Shown here one piece after another: positions 38,298-51,341 of a stretch of DNA of 64,000 bases (positions are counted from its first letter, which is position 1; each line of letters begins with the position of its first letter). The notes under the pieces were generated by a model. The model ran no database searches. It worked only from the letters and a program-made list of their open reading frames with translations, and had not been told where the DNA came from. The DNA is from Dimorphilus gyrociliatus (Eukaryota > Animalia > Annelida): positions 3,095,891 to 3,159,890 of the forward strand of contig CAJFCJ010000002.1 of NCBI GenBank assembly GCA_904063045.1. The letters are read 5' to 3'. Both the position numbers and the translations under genes were made by a program.

Positions 38298-40103
38298 ATG
38301 AACACTATAATAACAAACAGCGAAGAGAGCGATAAGACAGAAGATAAAAAGGGCATTATTAAGAATATGATTGTTGTAATGATTTCAGTTGTCCTTGTTT
38401 TTGCTACTATACAAGGATTGCTAGTTCTTCAGAGTACCTTGAACTCTTCAAAAGGCGTTATATCCCTTAGCATTTTTACTTGCTCCGCTGTATTTTCGTG
38501 CCTATTTATTTCTAGTTACGTTCCAAGGAAAATTGGTTGTAAAAGGTCCTTAATTTTAAGTATTGTTGGAACTACTTTATGGACCATGGCTAATTTATAT
38601 GCAACGTGGTATACGCTTATTTTCGGCTCTTTGATTTTAGGTTTAGGTTTGTTGCCCTTTACATAATCAAACCGTTAATTTATTACCTAATTCCGGAACA
38701 TTCTAAATAGCCTGGGGTATCTTATGGACATCTTACAGTACATTCTTTACAATGTGTGCAATAAATTACGCTAAATTAACAAGTCAAGAACCATCTAGAG
38801 TAATAGCGAGGGTGTTTGGTTTCTGTTTTATGGTCTTATTGTCGGGTAATATAAATTTTTGCTCTCATATTTTTTAAAAGAATATTGTTTATTTTCCTAT
38901 TTTTTTTTTAGGTCCAATTTGGGGTAACTTATTATCATCCTCTATACTCTCTTTATCCTCATCGATCCCCTCATCAAATTTTAATGCCACTTCGACCGAA
39001 AGTAACGATACCCTGCCAGGCTTCTGCGGCTCTGATGATTGTCCCACAAGTAATACAACGGAGGGTGGAACGCCTCACAGGCCAGATCAATGGGTAATTG
39101 GCGTGCTAATAGGAGCTTATGCCTCTGTAACAGTCCTTTCTCTCCTTTGTCTGTTACTTTTCCTCGATTTAGCAAAGACAAAATATTCTGATAAAAAAAT
39201 TGATTACAACTGCAACATTTTCTTGTCAACCATGTCAAGACTTAAGGATAAAAATCAGGTTTTGTTAGTTGCTATTACAGTCTACACTGGAATGGAACAG
39301 GCCTATATGACGGCTGAATATACAAAATCATTTGTAGCCTGTTCTTTAGGATTATCTAAAATTGGTTTCGTTATTATGATCTTTAATTCATCTGCAGCAA
39401 TAATGTCGATTCTCTCCGGAATAATGGTTTCCAGGTTCAACCGTCTCTCTGTTTTCACACTGGGTATCGTAAATATATAAATAGACGCCTCTTCAATTAT
39501 ACTTACTTTTCGCAATGAACCGTAATTTTAGCTTTCATAACACAATTCAGTTGTTTAATAGTCTTTCTCTTTTGGAAACCGGAAGTATCTAAAACGTGGA
39601 TAATATACGTAATGGCTATATTTTGGGGTATTGGCGACGGTATATGGCAATCGCAAATCAACTGTAAGTTTGACAAATTCCGGATTTATTAGAGAAACAA
39701 ATCAATAACCCATAATTTTTCCCTTTTGATGATTAAAAATACATTTACAGCGTTTTATAGTATTCTTTTCAAAGAGAACTCCGAAGCCGCTTTCTCTAAT
39801 TATAGATTATGGGAAGCATTGGGGGCAATGCTATCTTTCGGATATAGTCCTTACTTGTGCGCTTCAACAAAGATAATCTTTATGATAACAGTACTTTCGT
39901 TAGGTATGATTAATTACCTTATTGTGGAATTCCTTAATCGTAAAAGGTTAGAAGTTATCGTAAGAAATATCAATGATAATATTGATGACGTACGAATCAA
40001 TTCCATAAAAGAGTGCAAAAATACGATAGCAGAAGAGGAGGATATAAGTGAAATTTTAACAGTTCAAGATTTAGAGGCTAGTGAATATTCAGTATGCATA
40101 TAA
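38298..40103 (+). CDS. UNC93A: UNC-93-like MFS membrane protein (UNC93A-like), 5 exons
   Basis: Hydrophobic TM segments; GPIWGNLLSS..FCGSDDC; FWGIGDGIWQSQIN; EAAFSNYRLWEALG..SFGYS, all typical of the UNC-93 family. Exons start at 38298, 38711, 38912, about 39531 and about 39752, with in-phase GT-AG introns. Confidence 0.92.
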
Positions 40104-42957
40104 TAAAAAGATAAACATGGGATATAAAATTAAAAGTGAAAGTAAATGGAATAACGCTTGCTTGAAATAGTATGTTATCGTTATTTATTATTTGAATTAT
40201 TATTACTTTATTATATTTTAATATACTTTTAATGATCAGTAAAGGCCACTCAACAGATTCTAAATTTAGAGGGTTTGGGGGACGGAAATTGTAATGTGAA
40301 TAGCTGATAACATCATCACTCTAGGTTATCGAATTTCAATTTATTAACATAGAATCAACTATTGTGGGAGTTTGTTGGGTAATTTCGCAGCCGGTCAAAT
40401 AGAGATATGCAAATTTATGTTAATTTTGTAATAATTGACATACCTTGTTTATATTTTACACTTTTTGGGAAAATCATTTATTATCTACTAATTATTTTGG
40501 GCTTATTGGTTGGATTATGACGGATATCGGTAAACCATACTACTGTAGTATTGATTGATTTTTATCGGATTTATGTAAATGGCAATAATAACTGTATTTC
40601 TTATTTGTTATATTGAATATATAATTAACCTAATATAGATGGCGCGCTATATTATTAACGGAATTGTAGCCAGATCCGAAATAATCCGATTATGATTCTT
40701 TATGTCTGGCGAGACTCTGTTGATTGAATCATTTCGTATCTTAAAGATCTATATATAAAAGTAAAGAGTAAATTGTAACGGCTCTTTCATCAAATAATTA
40801 CTTTTCTTATTCAAGTTGATAAAGATTCTCAAAAGGAATGGTTCAAAATCGTATAGATGGCGCAAGTGGTTTCTCAAAAGCGGAGTATTATTTTCACATG
40901 TATTAGTAGATTGTTGAGAGGGTCTTGAATAACTTTATGATAAAAACTTACAATGAAAAGTTGATGTTTTAGTTAATAAAAGTTATTTGAAAAACGTTGC
41001 TGATCTTCTGGAAAATCGTATTATCTGTTGTTCGTTGTAATATATCACAATCAAGACTTTTAACGTAGGATAAATCCACAGTTTTGCAGCTTTTCAATTA
41101 GCACTTTTTGGCCCCATCGAACACTTACCATTGGAAAAGCAACTCTAATACGAGAAGGGGTAACCTCTATAAACGGCTGTAAATGTCGTTTTCTTAATCC
41201 GCTTATAGCTGATGATATCAAAGAATGACGCATGCAATATTTTCGTCCAGTTGACGCTTTGCCAATTGTGAATATTCGCTGCTAACTCTTTTATCTGTTC
41301 TCGTTTGTTGTTCTATCGTTAATATTCTTATTGTTATTTATATTTATCTACTATACGAATTAGCATTACAGTAGGATTAGGTACAGTTTCTGTCTCTCAC
41401 CAAATGGTCATCGTAAATTTCGATTCTTCCTTTGCATCTTGATGCAAAGAGATAGATACAGAAACACGGTTTAACGGATTTGCGACAAAACCGCCTTAAA
41501 TGGACTTTAAAAAGATTTAATGCAAAATGTAATCTCAATGCAAATTCGTAATAAAGCCAGAACGAGGTGTAAAAGGGAATTTTATTGGCATTTTTATGTT
41601 TTTGACACTGATTTTTCATTCATATCTGGTATTTTGTCTCAAAAAGCCAAATAAAAACTTTGCCATTAATTGTGTGTCATTTTTATTTAACTAGGCTTCA
41701 CAATTCATAAAATTGATATTCATAAATCTAATCCTTTTAAAAGACAAACAGTATATTAATTTAGAATTTTAACTCATGCCCTGTATCATCTTTGAAGATA
41801 AGAAGCACATAGAAGAAAGAGAGGGAGAAGACGATTTTCTTTTTTTTTTTTAACTCATTTCAACTCGTTTTTGGACCTTTCTATTTAATTTTCTAAATTT
41901 AGAATAAGGTTTAAGACCTTCGAAACGAGTTCCAATTAATGTAATTTATTTACCTTTTTGTTTTTTTTCAGCTTTCTTGTCAATAAAAAATTTTAAGCAT
42001 TTAAACTTTAGAATGCTTGTCTATTTATTAAAGAATACCAAATACGAAATAAAAGGTGAAAAAAAGGCTATAATAACCAATAGTTACCGGGCTTTTGTTG
42101 TACTATAAAAGAGAGAATATTCGACTAATGTAACACAGTAATTTGATAACGGATATAAATTCTTTCTAATTCAAAATTTTATCAATTCGACCAGAATAAC
42201 TTTGTTAAAATAAAACGGTTTTTAAAGGGTTTCATCTAAGAGTATTTAGCTCTCTATTCAGATGAATCTCTAGAAAATGGTTATCTTTTGTATTATATTT
42301 TATCCTTATATATTTAAGATACTTTTTTGCTTCTTTTATTCTTTATTTTTCTCTCTCCCTCTCTCTCTCTTTCTGTCACTTCTATTCCCTTTTAAGACGC
42401 CGAAGGGGGGCTTGGCGAAAATTGGAATATCTTATGTACATATATTCATTTGTTCTGCAGTCCACGGTTTGTTGCGAATGAATGCATAAAAACGAATATG
42501 TAAGCTTTACTGCAATCTTTTACCCGCCAATTGGACGATAAAAACGATAAAGGTTGATTCTTTATCTTTTGAAGAGAAGAATTCTCAGATAAACTTGACC
42601 TACGTGACTGAAGAGAATTTCGGTGAAAGAATAAAGAAATAATAGAACGAGACTGTTTAAAGAAATTAGTTTGATCAATTCGCATAGGCTTAAACGAAGA
42701 CTCGAATTTTCCTTATTTGTTCAAGCACACATTTGCCAGACTGATTTTCCGATTTCCTTAATAAAGCTGTTCAAACTATTTTCTAAATGTATTGAAGTAA
42801 AAACTGGACGCTATTTCTTCTTATCTGCTGATTGCGTCTGAAGTGTAATTACATTATTAGGGCTATATAATTACCCAGAATATTGCTTTCTAGATTGTCT
42901 GAAGAGTTTAGAAGGAGGTAGAGAGGGAGAATGAGCGAGCCAGTGAGCGAGCAAAGA

Positions 42958-42994
42958 GTGTGTGTGTGTGTGTGTCTGTGTGTGAGAGAGAGAG
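42958..42994. repeat. Compound (GT)n(GA)n microsatellite
   Basis: GTGTGT..GAGAGAG run seen directly. Confidence 0.9.
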
Positions 42995-43708
42995 TCCTTT
43001 GTCAGAAATTTACCAGAAAAAGAAAGCATGCATTGGGTTGTGGTGCAGTGTTGTACTGTTTACACTTGCTAGAAAAAGTTGAAGAGTAAGAAGACCAATT
43101 AAATCGCGTGCAAAAGCAGTATGTGAGTTTCTAATTAGGGTTTAACAAGATACACCTAAAGCTACTTTATCAACAATCATTTAAATATACTCTAAGGGAT
43201 GAACATTTAGTGTATATAGAGAAACACTTGTCTAACCTTATCCTCAACATCGGCCTAGTAAAAACATTAAAAAGGGCGTGGTTAACGGCATAGACAAACA
43301 ACAATAATAACTAAAAGAAAAATCTGTTGTAATAAATATAACAAACTCTCTATGTAATATATTTTATTATAAATAGGATTCTGTTGCTCTCACGTTCGAC
43401 CGGTCGTTCGTTTTAGGTTAAAGTGTAATAAATAAATTATAGTCAAGAGAATTCGCTTATATAATACAATAAGACAAACAAGGGGGTGTATAAGTTTTAT
43501 ATGCATATAATACAGCGCTATAAGAACCTTCTATATTTAGAAACAATTTGCATACTCTATTATACAAGACTAATATACATTTTCTTTTAAGAATAACAGT
43601 ATATTTTTTTTCGTTAATTGAAATATTCATTAATTAAAATGTATGTCAGGATTAATTATTTGGAATAATTCGTTTCTTTCTTCTCTTCTTTTCTATTTTA
43701 TTTTCCTC

Positions 43709-43743
<35 letters not shown>

Positions 43744-44343
43744 CTTTGGACCCCCTCCCTTACTAATCATTTATGTTCTGTCTTTGTTTCTTTGTCAATT
43801 TTGAGAAATCACATAGTTTGAATATTCCTAATTCTACTTATTAGCCGTTGTTTCTGCTAGCGAAAAAAGATTGACTGCAGCGACGTCTATAAAGTCTATC
43901 CCGTCAATCGAGTAACGTTCGTGTTTCCTTTAATTGACGACATTTTATGTACATTAATGCCTTTCGGGAGGAAAGCAGTCGTCTAACCGACTGCTCTTCC
44001 TTTTCCTATTTTGTATAAAACAGAGTTAAAAAAATATAAGAGTAATATTTTGATATAAAAGTTGTCTTTTCTGTTTATATTAAATAAATTAATAAGGGAT
44101 AAAAAATAAGAGCATATTGCACGAAATATTTTTACTAGTATCTTTCGCCATTTTGGATGCTACGCGCATGCGCCTAACTAGTACAACACGCGCTAATTCT
44201 CTATACATCGTACCCATGAACAAATAGTTCGATAGTGCACACTGTTAAAAAATGATAAAGAAAAATGGACAAAAAGAATTTGAACTTCTATATATCTTCC
44301 ATATATAAATGTATATATGTACAACAATCTCAACTTTCGTCAG

Positions 44344-47300
44344 TCAAGTGATTACGCAACAAGCTACCAACAATAACAACCAACAATTATATAAGACACG
44401 ATCCGAATTTGAAATTCCATAAACAATTCCTGTTTGTATAGGTCTCTTTTTACAATCATTGGTTAAGTACATTGAGCTAGCTCTGACGAGTCCATGCTCA
44501 TCTCTCAGCTCAGTAATTTCAGATTCTCTTCCCTTCGTAAAATTTACAACACCGGCTCCTCCATTGTATGGAATTTGAGAAAGACATCCAAACATTACAA
44601 TCATGTGACCGGAAAAGACTTCTTTTATTGCAATTCCAGTAACGATTTCATCGGATCCTGGCCAATTTGAATAACCTGGAAATATTCCTTACATTAAAAG
44701 AAATTGAATAAAGAACCATTCTATAAATAGAAAAGGGGCAATAAGTTTCTTGTTAACCGTTTTTTTATTACCTACAAATATAAGCAAAGGGTTTTACATG
44801 GGATACGGCTATTGTATACATTTTTTGGGCTTTGAAATTTGAATGCGACCTCATTCACCCTAAATATTTTGACAATCTGTTTGTCCATCTGGAAAGAATC
44901 AGACAAACGAACGGGATGTTTTAAATTTCATGCTGTATTAACATGCTTAATTTGAAAGTAATTCAATTCAGGTAACTTGTCTTAATTCGAAAAGAGAAAT
45001 CTATGTCCCTTACTGTGAATCCATTTATCACCTTTTTACCAGAGCAATACTATCTATGTATTTACAAACAATTCTAGTATTTATAGCCAAGTAAAATTCC
45101 CAATTTTATATATGGTTCCTATATTTTCAATGAAATATTACAGATTTATCATTCTAAAGGTTTTCAAATTAATTTATCCAATCAACCAAAAGTATAATAA
45201 TTTGCTTATGAATAAATAAATGATAACATGTTGATGAAATTGGAGATTTCCCAGTTTAAATGTATTTTATCTATTACCAAAATTTAATGGTTTTTCCATT
45301 TCTATTATCTTTATGCTCTTCTCTCTCTCTCTCTCTCTCGATTTTCTCACACACACAACCTTACAGCTACGAATACACACACACGTATATTCTCTCTCTC
45401 TCTCTCTCTCTCTTTCTCCCACTTACTCTTTCTATCATTTCGATTGCTTTGCTCTATCATCTCATTTTACAAACCTTTCTTTACTGTTTATTTAAGGATC
45501 TACGCCTAGAAATGAGCAAAGATGAAGTGTACTGAGCAGACGAGTCCCTCATAGTCCCTTCAACTTTGTTAATTATTTTAACTAAAAAGCAAGGGATTAA
45601 ATAGTAACACGAATAAAGAGAATGATTAACACCGTAACTTACAACCTTCTCAGAGAGATCTAAGAGAAACCCTTAGTAGAATATTTTCAATATAACAAAT
45701 GGTTTAAATTTACTTATGTAAGCTTTATCAGTCAATATTATTCTCCGTTGTTACGAATGTTCGATATTTATACTTTGTACTATATAGACCAAGTATATTT
45801 AGTATATGCTGAACTATTCATACTGCGTGGCATTAATGTATATGCTGGAAGCCTGTATCGTGGGGCTTATAAAAATTTATAAAATACCATTTATCTCTCT
45901 TTGCAGAGTTTCATAGGTTTAGCTTTCTGCATATTTTCATCAACTAGTGAAACGTTTTGATCCAAGGCCTATTTGTTAACGATATCCCGTATAGATTTTT
46001 TTTTAAACTTTATGTAAACTGGAATAAAAAAAAGAGATTTTCTCTCTCATCATGGCAAAATATAAGTTATAGTATAGTTTCAAATCTCTTGGCGCCACCT
46101 ATGGATAATTATATCTTTTTTTTACCCGTATAATTGTTTCTTTCTTTAACCTTCTTTTTATACCTGATGGAGTGGTTTTACATAATGAGCGCTTATAAAT
46201 TAATTAGATAAACTAATTAACGCGTTGTAAAACAAGATAAATTGGGGGAAAATGGTATAAATAATGTATAAAAAAATGCTATTCATAAACGAATGCAAAG
46301 CATTTATCGGGTATTTAAGATGATTTGGATAAACAGCCGTGTTATTAATCTTTACTAAATACGATCTGCTTAATCTTTATAGGGGATAGACTTTTTGAGA
46401 TCTTTCTCTTTTATTTTTTTTGACCTTTAAACTCTCGAATATTATTGATTAAACGATAAGAGGGGAAAACTTACGTGAACAAGCAGTAGACGCAAATCTC
46501 TTCGGCAATACAGTTCGTATATTTTTTAAAACTGCTTCTCCGGGCCGCCATTCAGCACATAATATGGATTCTATCGCACTCCAACATAATTTACCGTCCC
46601 TATAATCCAAACCACCTGCCTCTCGTAGTTCTACGTTAAGGAAATGCTCCCTTAAATTCTCGGAATGCAAAAGTTTTGCCCAACCCCGTTCATTAATTAG
46701 CCAAAGATCGGCTGTAAAAGAGTTAAGAACAGCTCTTCTCCCGCACGGACAGAGTGTAACGTTACGAACCAGGACTATGTAGTTTAAATGTCCGTAAGGG
46801 TCTTTAAGGACTTTTAGCAATTCGGAAGGTGTTAATGTTGGGCCTCGTAAGAGTTTAGCAGAGGTAAAAGCTGATATCAATTTAGAACAGTTAGAAACCC
46901 TAACAAACTCTTGAATAATAGGATATCTCTTTTCACATCCAGTTAGGTGACGAACTTCAAGGGTTTGATGTTTGCTAAGATATCCGTTTGATATTTTTTG
47001 ACAAACAATATATATCTCTGAATCGTAAATCCCTATGCTAGTTAATTCACATCCGACAAGAGAAACTTCTTTAAATAATATAGTTTTTGTGGAGTTACAA
47101 TTTGTGCAGTCGGGAAGTTTGAAGAGAGTTACGGATCTTGAGTAACCTGTTTCGCTTTTGGCCCATATCAACATCTCTCCGGTAACATCGTCTACAGTGA
47201 AGAACCGAGTTGTGACGCCCTTGTCCGTACAATTAAATCCGAATCTCCTCAAATTAGACGCTGTGCTTCGATCGATATTACCGCCGTAGATTCCCGGTAC

Positions 47301-47393
47301 AGCTTTTCCTTTGTCTCCAGGTGATAGATATACCAATTGACGGGCGTCTAATATTGTAGCCAGAGAGAATATCCAGTAAAAAATCCATTCCAT
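44344..47393 (-). CDS. Uncharacterised secreted, probably GPI-anchored Cys-rich protein; 2 exons (47393-46475, 44687 or 44675-44344), about 420 aa
   Basis: Signal peptide MEWIFYWIFSLATILDA. Exon 1 ends in phase 1 at C|GTAAGT and joins in frame to RIFPGYSNWPGSDEIVTGIAIKE..; the protein ends ..GISNSDRVLYNCWLLLLVACCVIT* (hydrophobic tail, no cytoplasmic part). Extra internal exons cannot be excluded. Confidence 0.75.
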
Positions 47394-47464
47394 CTCACAG
47401 CATCCTTTGCAGTTTTGCTGCCGACTGATAGCAGACGTCTCTGGCGGCGACTGTTATAGCTACC

Positions 47465-47654
47465 GCGCATGCGCTTTTGAAAGGTCAGGGACGTCGCAAT
47501 TTTGTAATAGAATTCGTTAATATATGTGGGTCATCAGGTCAATGGGCGGGGCTTATCACCTGTTTTATCAATAACAAGTTGTTTCGTAACATCTTACGCA
47601 TCGTTGAAGCAAGAAATTTAAGCTTCAAACAAAGACGCTGGTTACCATAGAGAC
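47465..47654. promoter_or_regulatory. Promoter upstream of the orphan GPI-type gene: NRF1 site, GC box, RFX X-box
   Basis: GCGCATGCGC 47465-47474; GGGCGGGGC 47544-47552; GTTACCATAGAGAC 47641-47654, whose reverse complement GTCTCTATGGTAAC fits GTHNYY-AT-RRNAAC. Confidence 0.55.
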
Positions 47655-50600
47655 TTGTCTAGACGTTCAAGTGACGCTGGAAGGAGGAAGGGATTTTATC
47701 AGTACAACTCGTAAATTTCATACGCTTTATCGCCTTATAGCACATGTTTTCCATTCAGGAACGTGAGAAGAATTCTTACGAAAGACTAAAAGTTGCCCTT
47801 AGCAAGTTTTATGGTAGCAATTTCAACGCTGTTATGTAACTTGTCAAAAACATCTCTGAGATGTTCCCTATGGACACATTGTCATTTTGTGAATGCATCT
47901 GTTCCGAGAAAAATGAAAATCTCTTTTCGTACAAACATAAAAACAGCAATAAGAAATAATCAAAGTCATAAAATGCACCAGCACGAAATTTTACAGGAGA
48001 AATTTCCAACAGTTCGTTTTATCATTAATCGACTTTGGCAAATTAGCTTCTTTTCACAGCACCCTGCCTTCCAAGCATTTACAGAATAAACACTTAGAGT
48101 CATCCCTCCTTAGATTGCCGACTCTTAAACGACAGATGTCCGGTGTAGCAAGTAACTGTCAACGTTTATTTACGTTCTATAGATCGAGTTGCTGTTTAGG
48201 GGCGTAAGAAAGCCTTACTAATAGGAATGAAGTGCTCTTCTCATCACGCCATCTATAGCACATTTACATATCCGCTTCCAAAGCAAATAAAATATACTCG
48301 GGTCTCTTTAGACGTGGAGATACATGCTTATTGCACCATACAGTACTTGCTGTCCATGTATATTTTGCTCAATGCATACAACACACGTTTCCTTGAACGT
48401 GAGAAATACTAAGAGTGTGTACATTTTGGATTATAACCGTATTAGAAAAACATTTTTCAAAAAACAGCCAGGTGTCAGAGGGTAAACGTTTTACAGTCTT
48501 TGTCCATCAAATTTGCATAAGGTTTAAATAATAGATGCTTATGTACGGATAAAAACTTACTAAAGAGGGAAGGTGTGTATGTGGGGGGGAAGGTGGGAGG
48601 GAGTATGAACAAGAGTTAGGAGAGAAAAGGAGGAAGTTAGGGGCGTAAACAAAAAAAAAGACTTCTTAAAAAGAACATAAAAAGTAATGATAGGAATAGC
48701 AAGAGTAGGGTCATGTTGTCAGGGTTACTGGGTTGAGTTTATTACCGGAAGATTGGTATTAAAAAAACGAAAGCCTTAAACTGTATGCAGGTATGAGTGT
48801 ATACTTAAAAAGTCATGTGTTTGTGTATGCATTCACGTCATTTTATTTGTTGAATATAAGCGATCGCGTGACATGAACTGTATGCACATAGACTGGACGT
48901 CGATTGTTGATTAAAATAGGTATACTCGATGCGTTATTTTTATGTTAATTAGACGTCAAAGTCTTTCTATATGCAAAATACTTATTTTTACGGTCACGTG
49001 CAAACTCGCTCCCGGCCCTGCGATGCTATTCAAAAAGTAAGATTTATGATGGAGAAATATCCCATGTAGATGGCGCTTCTAGGGTCAAAAAGATGACAAT
49101 TTACCCTAAAGCCAAACTTTTTGGTGAAAGATGAAGGATATAGTGAAAAAAAAATGACAAAAGAGAGTTGTTCATCCATAAAAAAAATAAAAAATGGATG
49201 TTTTGTGAAAATTTCACATACGGTAAAGTTCGAAACACAACAGTAAACAATATCAAACGCCCATGTATATTAATAATAAATACAAGGGAGGGGGGAGGGC
49301 GATTCCTATGGGAGGTCACTATTAATACAGGTATTCTTCTCGTCGGATTAATTAGGCGAAAACTTAACGATTTGCCCCCATAAAAGGCCATAGAATGACG
49401 ATCGTAAAGCATTTAGAAAAGGAAAAGAGCACAATGGCTCTCGTTCAAAGCTACTGTTCCGTTTAGCTATTTATGGGTGGGATGGACAGAAGGACAGGGG
49501 GAAGGCGCATAAAGAATTTCCATTTTCAATACATCTCTGTCGAAAAAAAAGAAGAGAAACATTCTCTTTCTTTCGTTTATAGTGTTTATTTATTTACTTT
49601 GTTTCTTTGTTTTGTTAAGCCATCTTTTTTCAATTTATACTTTTGGTGAAATGTATATAATGGAATAAAATAAATATATATGAGAAAATAACTCCAATCT
49701 AGTCAACTCAATTTTCTCCCCTAATAACTCATATCCTTATCTTATCGCCTTTCATTTGGACTAACGAAAAAAAATAGTAAAATTCGGGCTTTGATGAATG
49801 ATAAAGGCATATCGTCATTAACTTTTTCAAGTTTATAACCTCTATAACGCGGTGTAAGAGCTTATTTAAGTTCCCATTTAGCTGTTTTCTCTTAGAATGC
49901 CTTTGATATTCTTTTTCATTACACACACATAGCCTCCTTGTAATGCTTTACTTTGATTCTGGGCCAAGATTAAATCTGCTTTTTGCAAGCAGGCGGCAAA
50001 ATGTCGATTACGTAACACCGGTTTGTAATGGGTTTTAATTGGCTGTCTGTTACGCCTGGAGCATTCATTGATAATTACGGCGATTCAAGGCGCTGAATAG
50101 AAATGAATGATGCTGCACGAAATATTATTTACCATCTGTTAAAATTTCTTTTGTTTTATGAAAAACTTTGAACAGACCGTCAGATGGCGTTCAAATCCTT
50201 TGTGACATCGAGAACTTAGTGATTGATGGGCATATATAATTATCAATTTAAAACTCACTAACTGTAACCGTTATACTAGGATTTACCCTCTGTGAAATAA
50301 AAATACACTTGTTGATTAGAACGTATGGATCAGCTTTAGGCTTCCCGGGAAGATTGTTTGGATAATAGCAACAGATAATATTTGCATAGTGTCGTTAATT
50401 GTTAAAGTTGTTTTGGCAGCTACTGACTGAAATTTCATATTTTCAGGACCTTATTTCAGTGTCTAACGGTTAGCAACCCTGCGTATTATTTAACAAAGCA
50501 AACATCAATCTTGAGTAACAACCGCAATTCTGTATTATCTGAAATCAACTTTACGGTTACGATGTGATATGTACAAAATATTACATTGCAGGCATAAAAA

Positions 50601-51341
50601 CAATTCAAAAGGCTTTTTCGTTTGGCTTTACTGATAAAATACTTATTGGTTGCTAAAATAAACAAAATATTTTTAGGTAACTATAGATAACTTTGTTGAT
50701 TTTCTCCAGCGCCGTCGCTCAACAAGCATAGTGTGCAGGAAAAGTTAAGTTTCGTTGAAAATAAGTTGAAAACCAATCTTAAAACTACAGTAACTTTATA
50801 TTTAGCAAAAAAGAAATTGTGAACATAAAAATAAAATTTGCTTTCAGGAGATTTATAGAATGATAAACCGATTTATGGGAAAAAACTATAAAGTCTCTTA
50901 GTCTAGTTTGTGCAAAAATTTTCTTTAAGTTAGACACGGCGCTAAAGAAATACAAACACGTAGGCCTAATTGATCTTTATTCCCATTTATTTATTTTGCT
51001 GGTAAATCTTTTTTGTAAATAGCAAAAATCTGTTTACCAATAGATGACGCTACGTTGACGAATTTAGTCCGTGGAGAGGGTTATGGGTGTCAGGAAGTGT
51101 TATATTAATTTGTTTTCTAAATATGTAGAGATTGAAGAAAATAATGCTTTGTAAAGACTAGAAGAGCCTAAACGAATGTTTGCAGATTGAAATATAAAAA
51201 AAATATTTCGCCTATAGTATCACAGAAGCGTTGAAAATTTTTAAAAAATCACAGACCAAACGATAACTCTAAAAAGACGGACGGAATAAAACAAACAAAC
51301 AAACAAACAAACCCTTCTCTTTCTTAAAAACACCCCACTTA

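Noticed and set aside
43763-43927. Protein-looking frames on both strands near the orphan promoter (- strand KHERYSIDGIDFIDVAAVNLFSLAETTANK*)
   Set aside because: On careful re-reading both frames close after 30 codons or fewer and cannot be linked confidently to the ATG at 44151.
44772-44888. Exon-like segment in the GPI-gene intron with an in-frame TGA (possible selenocysteine/readthrough)
   Set aside because: Phases do not fit the flanking exons, all three frames contain stops, and I saw no SECIS-like element.
48054-48155. - strand peptide ..DDSKCLFCKCLEGRVL-TGA resembling a VWC motif with Cys replaced by TGA
   Set aside because: The downstream cysteines of the VWC pattern are absent and there is no gene context; 47.6-48.4 kb looks coding-like, but no model could be built.
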